Position numbers and translations under genes: made by a program. A stretch of DNA of 55,057 nt from the NCBI GenBank assembly GCA_965603565.1, contig CBFDDM010000003.1, forward strand, positions 1 through 55,057, written 5' to 3'. The first letter of the stretch is position 1; every line of letters begins with the position of its first letter. The stretch is from an uncultured Anaerolineales bacterium. Its GTDB lineage: Bacteria > Chloroflexota > Anaerolineae > Anaerolineales > E44-bin32. Under the pieces are notes generated by a model, which was not told the origin of the DNA, did not search any database, and saw nothing but the letters and a program-made list of their open reading frames with translations. Below, piece after piece: positions 1-9,609 of this stretch.

Positions 1-1227
1 GGGATGAGCGCCGCGTTGTCGCTTGCTGAGCAGGGTTTTCCCGTACCCCTCGTCGAGCGCGAGCCGCATCTGGGCGGCAACCTGCGTAGGGTCCATATAC
101 CCCATACCCGTCAGGACCCTCAAACTGCGCTCAAAGGACTGATTGAACGTGTCGAGGTCCATCCACTTATAGATATCCACCTGCATTCTGAGATTGAAGA
201 GACGCACGGCTTCATGGGTAACTTCGAAACAGATGTGAAAACGAATATGACGGAACGGCTGAGGATTAAGCACGGCGTGACCGTTCTTGCCATTGGGGCG
301 GAGGAGTACTCCGGTTCTGAGTATGGCTATGGAAGTGATGAGCGCATCCTGACCCAGACAGAATTCGAGATGCTCCTTGAACGTGGCGAGGGGCTCCCCG
401 ACTCGCTCGTGATGATTCAGTGCGTTGGTCCGGCGCAGGAGTACTGCAGCCGGATCTGCTGCACGACAGCATTGAAGAATGCGCTTGCGATCAAGTCCGC
501 ACGCCCAGAGGCTGGAGTGACGATCCTGCATCAGGACATCCGCGCCTATGGATTTAAAGAGAGATTGTATGAGCAGGCCCGACGTGCAGGTGTGGTCTTT
601 ATCCGATATGAGCCCGAATCCCCACCCGAGGTCGACGCAGGGGACCAACTCAGGATCACATGCGTTGATTCGGCGCTCAGAATGCCAATCGAGCTTAAGC
701 CGGATCGATTGGTATTGAGCATGCCAGTTGTACCTCGGGCGGATGCGCGTCGAATGGCCGCGATGTTCAAGGTGCCGCTCGACGCGCAAGGCTTTTTCTT
801 GGAAGCGCATGTCAAGCTTAGGCCGGTCGATTTCTCGACCGAGGGCGTATTTATGGCTGGCATGGCGCACTATCCAAAGCTGCTCGATGAGTCAATGATC
901 CAGGCGCGCGCCGCGGCTTCGCGGGCGGCGCGTGTCCTGAGCCAGGAAACGCTCAGTGCCGGCGGCCGGGTTGCTGTCGTGGATCCCGAGAAATGCACCG
1001 GCTGTCTGACCTGCGTACGTATCTGCCCGTTTGAGGTGCCGCGTGTGCGCAGCGACATCGCTGGAGTGGGTGGTCTGAACGGGGCAGCCGAGATCGAGAT
1101 TTCGGTTTGTCAGGGCTGCGGATCCTGCGTTGCCGAATGTCCTGCAAATGCGATTCAGCTGCGGCACTACACCGATGCGCAGCTGCAATCAAAGGTGAGT
1201 GCACTGATGCGTTGCGCGGTTGCTTGA
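1..1227 (+). CDS. hdrA: Heterodisulfide reductase subunit A-like flavoprotein (5' truncated by window edge)
   Basis: Begins inside the Rossmann motif (GMSAALSLA); has IQCVG..YCSRICC, FFLEAHVKLRPVDF, GVFMAGMAHYPK and two C-terminal CxxCxxCxxxCP ferredoxin motifs. Confidence 0.9.
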   Translation, partial: GMSAALSLAEQGFPVPLVEREPHLGGNLRRVHIPHTRQDPQTALKGLIERVEVHPLIDIHLHSEIEETHGFMGNFETDVKTNMTERLRIKHGVTVLAIGAEEYSGSEYGYGSDERILTQTEFEMLLERGEGLPDSLVMIQCVGPAQEYCSRICCTTALKNALAIKSARPEAGVTILHQDIRAYGFKERLYEQARRAGVVFIRYEPESPPEVDAGDQLRITCVDSALRMPIELKPDRLVLSMPVVPRADARRMAAMFKVPLDAQGFFLEAHVKLRPVDFSTEGVFMAGMAHYPKLLDESMIQARAAASRAARVLSQETLSAGGRVAVVDPEKCTGCLTCVRICPFEVPRVRSDIAGVGGLNGAAEIEISVCQGCGSCVAECPANAIQLRHYTDAQLQSKVSALMRCAVA

Positions 1228-1267
1228 GAATGGTACGGGTCGAAAGAAGACGAGGAGTGCCCTGCTG

Positions 1268-1714
1268 ATGACGGCTAATGGGATTCAAATCGCAGCTTAT
1301 TGCTGTGAACACTGTGCTTACGCCGCAGCGGACCTTGCCGGCAGTTTACGCCTGCAGTACCCGCCATCGATCAAGGTGATCATGGTCCCGTGTACAGGGC
1401 GGGTTGAGAAGCTTCTCTTGCTGCGGGCGTTCGAAGAAGGTGTCGACGGGGTCCTGGTCGCGGGTTGACTGCCGGGTGACTGTCATTACCTGGAAGGTAA
1501 TGCAAACGCAAGTAGGCGGATCGATCATCTCAAATCCATCCTGAATGATATCGGGTTGGAAGCTGAACGCCTGCGCATGGTCAACATGTCGGCCGCAATG
1601 GCGGCGCAGTTCGTCGAGTCGGTCGAATCGATGAATGCAACGATTGAGAAATTAGGTCTGAGCCCACTGCGCAAGGGTGCAGGTGAACGCAGTTCGCGGG
1701 AAGGAGATAGGTAG
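1268..1714 (+). CDS. mvhD: Hydrogenase iron-sulfur subunit MvhD/FlpD, selenocysteine-containing (in-frame UGA at 1466-1468)
   Basis: YCCEHCAYAAAD, VPCTGRV, then VLVAG-TGA-LPGDCHYLEGN...ERLRMVNMSAA continues in frame to TAG at 1712-1714. The UGA sits at the conserved Cys of GCxxGDCHY. RBS GAGGAG before ATG 1268. Confidence 0.9.
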
Positions 1715-1716
1715 CC

Positions 1717-2409
1717 ATGATCATCGCCGAACAAAAACCATTCGAAGAGATCAAAACGCTGATCGGGGAGGCCGAAAACATTCTCGTCGTCGGATGTGGA
1801 ACCTGCGTAACGGTCTGCTTTGCGGGAGGTGACCGCGAAGCAGACATCCTGGCAAGCTCACTGCGCATGAACGGTCAGTTGGAGCAGCGCAGCAGAGAAG
1901 TCAAGCACGTTACGGTTCAACGCCAGTGCGAATGGGAGTACCTCGACGAGATCGCTCCGGACATTGAGGAAAGTGATCTGCTGCTTTCACTCGGCTGTGG
2001 GATCGGTGTGCAGGCAATCGCCGAGCATTTTCCTGAGAAGTGGGTCGTCCCGGGACTTAATACAACGTTTATGGGGTTACCTCTGGAGCAGGGGGTCTGG
2101 TCGGAGCGCTGTGCGGCGTGTGGTGATTGTGTCCTGGGCTTAACCGGCGGTATCTGTCCGATTGCACGCTGCTCTAAGTCACTGCTCAACGGACCCTGTG
2201 GTGGATCGGAGGATGGTCATTGTGAGATTGACCCGGACACGTCCTGCGCCTGGCAGTTGATCTATGAACGCCTCACCGCGATGGACCGGCTCGATGCGCT
2301 CTTAGAGATCCAACCTCCCAAGAACTGGAAGACATCCCGTGACGGTGGACCACGCAAGATCGTCCGCCAGGACCTGCGTTTGGTATCCGAGGAGGCCGGC
2401 GATGATTGA
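1717..2409 (+). CDS. metV: Methylene-THF reductase small subunit MetV (MTHFR C-terminal domain family)
   Basis: GCGTCVTVC, RQCE, CAACGDC, ICPIARCSKSLLNGPCGG, CAWQLIY; overlaps the start of metF. Confidence 0.88.
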   Translation: MIIAEQKPFEEIKTLIGEAENILVVGCGTCVTVCFAGGDREADILASSLRMNGQLEQRSREVKHVTVQRQCEWEYLDEIAPDIEESDLLLSLGCGIGVQAIAEHFPEKWVVPGLNTTFMGLPLEQGVWSERCAACGDCVLGLTGGICPIARCSKSLLNGPCGGSEDGHCEIDPDTSCAWQLIYERLTAMDRLDALLEIQPPKNWKTSRDGGPRKIVRQDLRLVSEEAGDD

Positions 2410-3427
2410 AAATCAGGGCGGCAATGGAGCTGTGTCGGACTCGATCCTGGAGCGCACGTTGCGCGCCGGGCATTTCGCCGTCACCTCAGAATTAGGGCCG
2501 CCGCAGAGCGCGGATCGCAATGTGATCCTGGAAAAGGCGGGGCTATTAAAGGGATATTCGGAAGCGGTCAATATCACCGATAACCAGACCGCCATCGTGC
2601 GCATGTCCAGCATCGGCGCCGGCGCGATCGTGATCCAGGAGGGGCTAGAACCGGTCATCCAGATGACGTGCCGTGATCGCAACAGGCTTGCCATTCAGAG
2701 CGATCTGCTCGGTGCATATGCGCTTGGGGCGCGCAACCTCTTATGTCTTTCGGGTGATCACCAGAGTTTTGGGAATCACCCGACCGCGAAAAACGTATTC
2801 GACCTGGACTCGATTCAATTGGTGCAAATGGTTGCCTCCATGCGTGATGAGTGCATCTTCCAATGCGGTGACGCGTTCAAGGGTCAGGAGCCGCGGCTTT
2901 TCATCGGTGCGGCCGCAGCGCCCTTCGCTGATCCGATCGATTTCCGGCCATACCGGCTTGCCAAAAAGGTGCAGGCGGGTGCCGATTTCATACAAACCCA
3001 GTTGATTTACGATGTGCCTGCGTTTGAAGAATACATGGAGAAGGTGCGAACCATGGGGCTGCACGAGCAAACGTACATCCTGGCTGGCGTGGGACCACTA
3101 AAAAGCCCCGGCATGGCGCGCTACATGAAGAACAATGTGCCTGGTTTGCTCGTGCCAGACCAGATCATTGAGCGGATGACGGCGGCAGGCGAACCATGGG
3201 CTCACATCGGCAAGGAGGATCTCACGAAGGAGGATAAAGCCGCCCGATCGGCAGCTTGGAAGCAGGAGGGGATCCAGATCTGCATCGAATTGATCAACGA
3301 ACTCAGGCGGATTGAGGGCGTGGCAGGTGTGCACATTATGGCGATTGAGTGGGAGGAAGCGGTGGGTCCTATTGTGGAAGGGGCTGGTTTGCACCCACGA
3401 CCTGCCATCGAGAGCCTGCCGGCATAG
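2402..3427 (+). CDS. metF: Methylenetetrahydrofolate reductase MetF
   Basis: VTSELGPP, NITDNQ, QMTCRDRNRLAIQSDLLGA, LSGDH, GADFIQTQ, GVHIMA; ATG 2402 overlaps the metV stop. Confidence 0.92.
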   Translation: MIENQGGNGAVSDSILERTLRAGHFAVTSELGPPQSADRNVILEKAGLLKGYSEAVNITDNQTAIVRMSSIGAGAIVIQEGLEPVIQMTCRDRNRLAIQSDLLGAYALGARNLLCLSGDHQSFGNHPTAKNVFDLDSIQLVQMVASMRDECIFQCGDAFKGQEPRLFIGAAAAPFADPIDFRPYRLAKKVQAGADFIQTQLIYDVPAFEEYMEKVRTMGLHEQTYILAGVGPLKSPGMARYMKNNVPGLLVPDQIIERMTAAGEPWAHIGKEDLTKEDKAARSAAWKQEGIQICIELINELRRIEGVAGVHIMAIEWEEAVGPIVEGAGLHPRPAIESLPA

Positions 3428-3436
3428 GAGTGGAAA

Positions 3437-5500
3437 ATGACTGAAGAGATCTTTTCAGGAATGGAACCCATCGAAATTAACAACTCCCTTGCCCGACTGG
3501 TCCTGGAGGAGACTGGAGAAAACGTCCACCTGTGCTACCAGTGTTCAAAATGTTCCAGTGGATGCCCGGTCTCGGGGTTCTTTGATTGGCAGCCCAATCA
3601 GATCATGCGCGCCGTCCAGTTAGGGCTTGAGCAGATGGCGCTCGACTCGGACACACCCTGGCTGTGTGCTGCCTGCCAGACCTGCACGACACGCTGCCCA
3701 CAGGGTTTGGATATCTGTGGGATCATGGAATTCCTCACCCGCACCGCCATAAAACGGGGCTACAAGCCGCGCGTGCCTGAAGTTCAGATTTTTAATGAAG
3801 CTTTCCTGCGGGAGGTGCGTATCTGGAATCGGGCGTATGAACCCGGGTTGATGGCCGAGATGAAACTGCGCATGCCGGCACATTTGTTTGACGATCTGGA
3901 CCTCTACGCGCGCATGCTGAGAAAAGGGAAAGTGGGCTTCTTCCCCCACCCGGTACGCACGCCACGCAAAGTGAAGCGCGTACCGGATGCAGTGGACGCG
4001 GTAGCGTATTATCCGGGCTGCTCGCTGCACTCTACTGCAAAGGAGTACGATCATTCAACGCGTGCGGTTTGCCGTGCGCTGGAAATTGAGCTTTACGAGC
4101 CAGATGACTGGGTCTGCTGCGGCAGTTCGGCGGCCCATAGGGCCGATCCTGAGCAGGCGCTCTGGCTTCCGATGGTGAACCTTTCGATGATGGAGCAAAT
4201 GGGCTTCCGGGAGGTCACCATGCCGTGTGCGGCTTGCTATAACCGCCACAAGGCTGCGCAGCACGAGATTCGACATGACGAGGTTAAAAGGGAAGACGTT
4301 GAGCGTAAACTTGGTCACGCTTATGAAGACCGGCTTGCTGTGAGCACGATGATTGAGACGATTCTAGATCATGTAGGTGCAGAAGCGATCGAGGCGCAGG
4401 TCAAAAGGCCGCTCAATAATCTGCCGGTTGTGTGCTATTACGGCTGTCTGTTGACGCGACCTCCAGAAGTCACGGGGGCTGCTCATCCCGAAAACCCGAC
4501 CGACATGGATGAGATTCTGAGCGCGCTGGGGGCAGACGTGCACGATTGGTCCTATAAGACGGTATGTTGTGGCGCGGCGCATTCGCTCACCCGCCCTGAT
4601 ATTGTGCTCGAGTTAAGCGGCAATCTGATTGAGCACGCTCGAGCCGCTGGCGCAGAAGCGATCGCGGTGGCGTGTCCGCTCTGCCACACAAATCTGGACG
4701 CAAGACAATTCCAGATGGATCTGGAAGGATCGATTCCGGTTCTGTATTTCACGCAGTTGATGGCGCTTGCATTTGACTTGCCTCCTAAAGCGATCGCCCT
4801 CGACAAGAATCTGGTCGATCCAATGCCGATGTTAGCGCGGCGCGGGCTGTTTCCCGGGAAAAAGACCGTCGCCTCCGTGCAAACGGAAGAGGAGGAAGAA
4901 GAAAGCTCCAGCTACCAGCGCAATCGCACGCGCGCGCCGCCGTTATCGGCGCCGGGCGGCACGCGGCGAGTGGAAGTATATGAAGATGTGTTCGATCTCC
5001 TGCGGCATGCATGGTATGTCGTCAGCCGGCATTACGATGTCATTGATGATACGCCCGCGTTAATGGTCATATTTGAATCCGTGGATTTCAAGACGACACG
5101 CCTGGCTGCCGAAAAGGTTGTCGCCAACATGCTAATCGAGGTCACCGAGCGTGTCGACCGCTTTTCGCCCTGGTACAGCCAACCGGCAAGCGTGTACGGT
5201 TTGACGCATTATCGAGACACGGAATCCAACTGCGTGGAATGGAGGCTTTCATCTGAGGGTAAACAAAAGTGGCAAGTTGTAGTTGAGGAACTGGCTGTGG
5301 GTTTCCGTCGTGACTATGCGCTCTTGTTAGCCAACCTGACCGTCGATCGGGCGGATCAGAGTCCCGCAGGACAGCGGGAGTTCACGCGCCTCTTCTGTGA
5401 GTGCGACCCTCCGCGATCGATCCTTGTGCCGGAAAGACGCCTGGCAGAACACGAAATCATCTGCGACCAATGCGGCGCGCCGTTTCGCAGGGTGTGTTGA
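3437..5500 (+). CDS. Fused HdrC-HdrB-like protein with an extra ~200 aa C-terminal domain
   Basis: CYQCSKCSSGCP and CAACQTCTTRCP (HdrC); YYPGC, CCG, CAAC, YYGC, CCG, ACPLC (HdrB CCG domains); then a poly-Glu linker and an unrecognised domain ending CEC...CDQC. Confidence 0.85.
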   Translation: MTEEIFSGMEPIEINNSLARLVLEETGENVHLCYQCSKCSSGCPVSGFFDWQPNQIMRAVQLGLEQMALDSDTPWLCAACQTCTTRCPQGLDICGIMEFLTRTAIKRGYKPRVPEVQIFNEAFLREVRIWNRAYEPGLMAEMKLRMPAHLFDDLDLYARMLRKGKVGFFPHPVRTPRKVKRVPDAVDAVAYYPGCSLHSTAKEYDHSTRAVCRALEIELYEPDDWVCCGSSAAHRADPEQALWLPMVNLSMMEQMGFREVTMPCAACYNRHKAAQHEIRHDEVKREDVERKLGHAYEDRLAVSTMIETILDHVGAEAIEAQVKRPLNNLPVVCYYGCLLTRPPEVTGAAHPENPTDMDEILSALGADVHDWSYKTVCCGAAHSLTRPDIVLELSGNLIEHARAAGAEAIAVACPLCHTNLDARQFQMDLEGSIPVLYFTQLMALAFDLPPKAIALDKNLVDPMPMLARRGLFPGKKTVASVQTEEEEEESSSYQRNRTRAPPLSAPGGTRRVEVYEDVFDLLRHAWYVVSRHYDVIDDTPALMVIFESVDFKTTRLAAEKVVANMLIEVTERVDRFSPWYSQPASVYGLTHYRDTESNCVEWRLSSEGKQKWQVVVEELAVGFRRDYALLLANLTVDRADQSPAGQREFTRLFCECDPPRSILVPERRLAEHEIICDQCGAPFRRVC

Positions 5501-5560
5501 GTTAAAAGATAGAGGGCGCCCGGTCACCAAGGCACCCAGTCACCCGGGAAAAGACAACAT

Positions 5561-5590
5561 TGTAGCCGCAGGCTTTAGCCTGCGGCTACA
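5561..5590. repeat. GTAG-type REP-like perfect palindrome between convergent operons
   Basis: TGTAGCCGCAGGCT-TT-AGCCTGCGGCTACA, 14 bp arms. Confidence 0.75.
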
Positions 5591-5845
5591 TTGGGGATGA
5601 GTTTGGGACTGGGATATAGGGGAATGGCACCCGGCGGATCAGGCACTGGGTCACTTGAGAGGCACCTTCAGCCCAAATGGTTTTCATCCTGAGACTGAAA
5701 GCAGATGGATTATCCCGAATGAGACAAATGACTTGAAGGTGCTAAGTACAGAGTGGTTGATTATGGCCAGGACCGCCGCTTAAACAGCATCAAGAGAGAG
5801 GATTTCCCGCTGCGCTCGAAATGACATGAAAAGCACTAGATGATC

Positions 5846-6430
5846 TTACCCCCTTATTAGCGCCTCGATACGTTCCTCCAACCCATCATAACCGGTCTGC
5901 TTGATCTCCAGCGGCAGTTCGAGATAAGCCGCGATCTGGTGTGCCTTCTCAACCAGTTCTCCGTTCTCACTCTGCGCCAGGTAGAGCACTTTTTTGTAAT
6001 TACGAAAATATTCCTTCTTCAGCGACGGAAACCGATCGAGCCCCATGCTCTTGATGATCAACCCCCAGAATGTGCGCACCATGAAATCGGTCAGGAAAAA
6101 TGTGCCTGGCTCCGCATCCATCCATTTATGGAAATCCTCTCCACCGTAGAATTCGTAGCAGTGTGGTCCTTGAATACGTTCGATATCTGGATGGTCCTTC
6201 AACATGCGGTCCAGCGCACCGGCGGAGCCGCAGTCTCCAAACACGACGATCAACTGCTCGTACTGGTTCTTCAGGGCGAGGATGCGCTTTTCAACATCGG
6301 GGGCGATGCGCTCGGGGAAGACATGGTCGATCGCCGGCACGCCGATGACCTCGGCATCCCAGCCATTTTTACGCACCATCTCGGTCACCTCGCGTCCGAG
6401 CGCTCCACAGATGATCAGGCCGACTGTCAA
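5846..6430 (-). CDS. DUF1638-like protein associated with corrinoid methyltransferases
   Basis: IICGAL, H..PERI, VFGDCGS, GPHCYEFY, GTFFLTDF; TTG start 6430 with GGAGG RBS. Confidence 0.75.
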   Translation of the reverse strand: MTVGLIICGALGREVTEMVRKNGWDAEVIGVPAIDHVFPERIAPDVEKRILALKNQYEQLIVVFGDCGSAGALDRMLKDHPDIERIQGPHCYEFYGGEDFHKWMDAEPGTFFLTDFMVRTFWGLIIKSMGLDRFPSLKKEYFRNYKKVLYLAQSENGELVEKAHQIAAYLELPLEIKQTGYDGLEERIEALIRG

Positions 6431-6440
6431 AATGACCTCC

Positions 6441-7325
6441 CTAGCCGCGTCGACGCCGGCGTGTCCGCCGTCGGCCCTGACCGGCCTCGGTGTTGGCGCT
6501 GATCCAGGCAGTGCAGTTCTCATCGTTTCCCAGCAGCGCGTCGGCGGCCAGGATGGCGTTCTTGATCTCTTCTTCCAGCGGGTTGGTGATCGCAGCCGTC
6601 ATACCGGCGGTCATGAGCATGGGCACAAACGTGGCGTTCAGTGTAGAACGATTGGGAAGGCCAAAAGATACGTTGCTGGCGCCGCAGACCGTGTTGCAGC
6701 CCAATTCCTCCTGCACACGCCGGATGATGTGGAAAACTTGCCGGCCAGCATATTGCATCGCACCGACTGGCATGACCAGCGGGTCGATGAGCACGTCCTC
6801 CGCCGAGATGCCATGATCCGCCGCTCTTTCGACGATCTTTTTTGCCACGGCAAAACGCTCGTCCGGGTCCTCCGAAATGCCGGTCTCGTCGTTGGAAATG
6901 CCGATCACCGCCGCGCCGTGTTTCTTCACCAGCGGCAGCACACTTTCTAGCCGCTCATCTTCGCCGGTTACGGAGTTCACCAGCGCTTTGCCCTCGTAGG
7001 CTTCCAGACCGCTTTGCAGCGCGGCGACCACGGAAGAGTCGATGCTCAATGGGACGTCGGCGATCGATTGGACCAACTCGATCGCCTGGCGCATAATGGC
7101 CGGTTCGTCGGCGAGCGGGATGCCGGCGTTTATATCGAGCATGTGCGCGCCGGCTTCAACCTGAGCAAGCGCGTCGCTCGCTACCCGATCAAAATTGCCG
7201 GCCGCCATCTCGGCGGCAAGCACCTTGCGGCCGGTGGGGTTGATGCGTTCGCCGATGATTGTGAATGGCCGGTTCTGACCAATGACCACGCTCTTCGTTC
7301 TTGATTCGAGTATCGTTTCTTTCAT
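6441..7325 (-). CDS. Methylcorrinoid:tetrahydrofolate methyltransferase (pterin-binding, AcsE/MetH-like domain)
   Basis: IIGERINPTGRK, LDINAG, LSIDSS, LVNSVTGE, IDPLV, GASNVSFGLP; Arg-rich C-tail. Confidence 0.88.
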   Translation of the reverse strand: MKETILESRTKSVVIGQNRPFTIIGERINPTGRKVLAAEMAAGNFDRVASDALAQVEAGAHMLDINAGIPLADEPAIMRQAIELVQSIADVPLSIDSSVVAALQSGLEAYEGKALVNSVTGEDERLESVLPLVKKHGAAVIGISNDETGISEDPDERFAVAKKIVERAADHGISAEDVLIDPLVMPVGAMQYAGRQVFHIIRRVQEELGCNTVCGASNVSFGLPNRSTLNATFVPMLMTAGMTAAITNPLEEEIKNAILAADALLGNDENCTAWISANTEAGQGRRRTRRRRRG

Positions 7326-7361
7326 CTTCAGCGGTTCCTTCTTCGATGCCCACAAAGGGCA

Positions 7362-8363
7362 TTAATTTTCCGTTCGCCGCCACCTTCGTTCTTGACCGAG
7401 CGAATCGTCCTCTTCCGTCTTTGGCTGGCGTGGACGCGGCAGCAGACCAGCCTCCTCGATGATCTCGGCGACTAATTTCTCTTGCTTGAAAGCCATCACG
7501 TGCACGCCAGCGACACCATCGATCTCGCGTACCTGCTGGATAATCTCGATGCAGATGCGTTTCCCCTCCTCTCGCTTTTTGGATTTGGGGGTCTTCCGTA
7601 GCCGCTCGACGATCTCATCCGGGATGACGACGCCAGGGACGTGGGTGCGCATGAACTCGGCCGCCCGTTCCGAACGCAGCGGGCCAACACCCACCAGGAT
7701 GCAAACCTTCTGGTCGATGCCCAGATCACGTACTCGCTGCATGAACTGCTCGAAGCGCGGCAGGTCGAAGCAGTACTGGGTCTGGATGAAGTTGGCGCCC
7801 GCCTCGATTTTCTTGGCCAACCGGTATGGTCGCCAGTCGTAAGGCGGCACAAATGGATTGGCCACTGCACCTAAAAAAAGGCGGGGCGGCTGGGTGATCT
7901 CGCGACCGCTGAGGAAACGACCTTCGTCACGCATGATCTTTGCGGTGCGCAGCAGGTGAATGGAATCAAAATCAAAGACGCGCTTTGCCTCCGGCTGATC
8001 GCCTACAGAGGTGTCATCGCCAGTAAGGCAGAGAATATTTTTTACACCCATCGCCGCCGCGCCGAGCAAGTCACCCTGGATGGCGATGCGGTTGCGGTCG
8101 CGACAGGAGACCTGCATTACAGGTTCATAACCCGCACGGGTTAGCAGGGCGCAGATGGCGACGCTGGACATGTGGCAATGCGCACCGGCCGCGTCGGTAG
8201 CGTTGATGGCGTCGCATACCTGGGAAAGCACAAGCGCGGCGTCATAGACTTCCTGTGGATTGGCACTGTCGGGAGGATCCAGTTCGGCCGTGACCGCGAA
8301 GCGGCCGGCTCTGAGCACGCGCTCTAATCGGCTTCCGGAGAGATAAGGTTCTTGATCAGTCAT
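7362..8363 (-). CDS. metF: Second methylenetetrahydrofolate reductase MetF
   Basis: VTAELDPP, QVSCRDRNRIAIQGDLLGA, LTGDD, GANFIQTQ. Confidence 0.9.
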   Translation of the reverse strand: MTDQEPYLSGSRLERVLRAGRFAVTAELDPPDSANPQEVYDAALVLSQVCDAINATDAAGAHCHMSSVAICALLTRAGYEPVMQVSCRDRNRIAIQGDLLGAAAMGVKNILCLTGDDTSVGDQPEAKRVFDFDSIHLLRTAKIMRDEGRFLSGREITQPPRLFLGAVANPFVPPYDWRPYRLAKKIEAGANFIQTQYCFDLPRFEQFMQRVRDLGIDQKVCILVGVGPLRSERAAEFMRTHVPGVVIPDEIVERLRKTPKSKKREEGKRICIEIIQQVREIDGVAGVHVMAFKQEKLVAEIIEEAGLLPRPRQPKTEEDDSLGQERRWRRTEN

Positions 8364-8862
8364 GGGAGTTTGACAGTATGGTCAAGTCGGAAGGGATTGG
8401 CCAGCATGCGGGGTAATCCACGTCTTCACCGGTGAGCATGGTGATCCATGCAGAGCGACCCTCCAGTTCCCGGTTGACCGGGGGCTGCAGCCAGCGCATC
8501 TCATCACCATAGACTGGCATGTCACCCGAGCGTTCGTAAGCCTCCAGCCAGACGCAGCGCATGTCTGGTTTGACCTCGCAGTTTCCGTTTACGCGGACAC
8601 CCCCGCAGGGACCGTTGCGCAGGGTCTTCGGACAGGTCATCGGGCAGGTCATGCCGGTGGAGTGCAGGACACACATGCCACACATGCGGCAGTCGAAGAC
8701 GAGTCCCTTGAGCCATTCCTCGGGCCAGCGGAGCAGGGCTTCGACGCGTTTGTAGCCCAACCTGGCGATCAGCGGATCGAGGCGTTTGAACAGCTGATGC
8801 GTTGTTTTGTAGGTCCCTTCCAATGTGCGGGGATGATCGCGCAGCCAACTTCCGAGACCCAT
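8356..8862 (-). CDS. Short MetV-like protein (MTHFR C-terminal domain)
   Basis: DCRMCGMC, TCPMTCPKTLRNGPCGG, CEV...CVW; overlaps metF. Confidence 0.85.
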   Translation of the reverse strand: MGLGSWLRDHPRTLEGTYKTTHQLFKRLDPLIARLGYKRVEALLRWPEEWLKGLVFDCRMCGMCVLHSTGMTCPMTCPKTLRNGPCGGVRVNGNCEVKPDMRCVWLEAYERSGDMPVYGDEMRWLQPPVNRELEGRSAWITMLTGEDVDYPACWPIPSDLTILSNSHD

Positions 8863-8883
8863 GTGGATTCCTTCCTGTCTTCG

Positions 8884-9573
8884 CTAACTACCTTCACCTT
8901 TTCGAATGGCCATAAACTTCTTGGCGGTCTCAACCGCAACCGAGGCGTCCCGGCAGTAAGCGTCCGCTTCGATGTCCTCTGCAAACGCGTCATTCAATGG
9001 GGCACCGCCGACGAGCACGACGATGTCGTTGCGGATGCCTTTATCCTTGAGCGCATCGATCACCGTTCGCATGTACGGCATCGTCGTGGTGAGCAGCGCG
9101 CTCATTCCGAGAATGTCGGGATTGTGCTCTTCAATTGCCGCCAGATAGGCGTCCGCATCGGTGTTGATGCCCAGATCGAAAACGTCAAACCCGGCCCCCT
9201 CCAGCATCATGGAGACCAGGTTCTTTCCGATGTCGTGGATATCACCTTTGACGGTGCCGATCACCACGGTGCCGATCTTCGGTGCGCCGGTCTCGACCAG
9301 CAGCGGGCGCAGCACGCCCATGCCGGCCTTCATCGCCTTGGCGGCCATCAGCACCTCGGGCACAAACAGGATCCCGTCCCTGAAATCATCACCAACGATC
9401 TCCATGCCGGCGACAAGCCCGCGTGTCAGAACGTCATAAGGTGTCATCTCGCGGGCGAGCAGCTCTTCGACCTCTTCGACGATCTCGTCGGCAAGCCCGT
9501 CATAAAGGTCCTCCTGCATCAACTCGAGGATCTCGTCGTCGCCCATCTCTTTGATATTGATTTCTTCTTCCAT
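8884..9573 (-). CDS. Corrinoid (B12-binding) protein, MtbC/MttC family
   Basis: FVPEVL cap motif, GTVKGDIHDIGKN, SALLTTT, VGGAP. Confidence 0.93.
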   Translation of the reverse strand: MEEEINIKEMGDDEILELMQEDLYDGLADEIVEEVEELLAREMTPYDVLTRGLVAGMEIVGDDFRDGILFVPEVLMAAKAMKAGMGVLRPLLVETGAPKIGTVVIGTVKGDIHDIGKNLVSMMLEGAGFDVFDLGINTDADAYLAAIEEHNPDILGMSALLTTTMPYMRTVIDALKDKGIRNDIVVLVGGAPLNDAFAEDIEADAYCRDASVAVETAKKFMAIRKGEGS

Positions 9574-9609
9574 GCTGGCTCCTATGGTATTTCTGTGGAT
9601 TGCATGCGG

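Noticed and set aside
1220-1468. 82 aa truncated ORF / mvhD pseudogene
   Set aside because: The UGA falls on the conserved Cys and the downstream frame is intact, so Sec recoding explains it better
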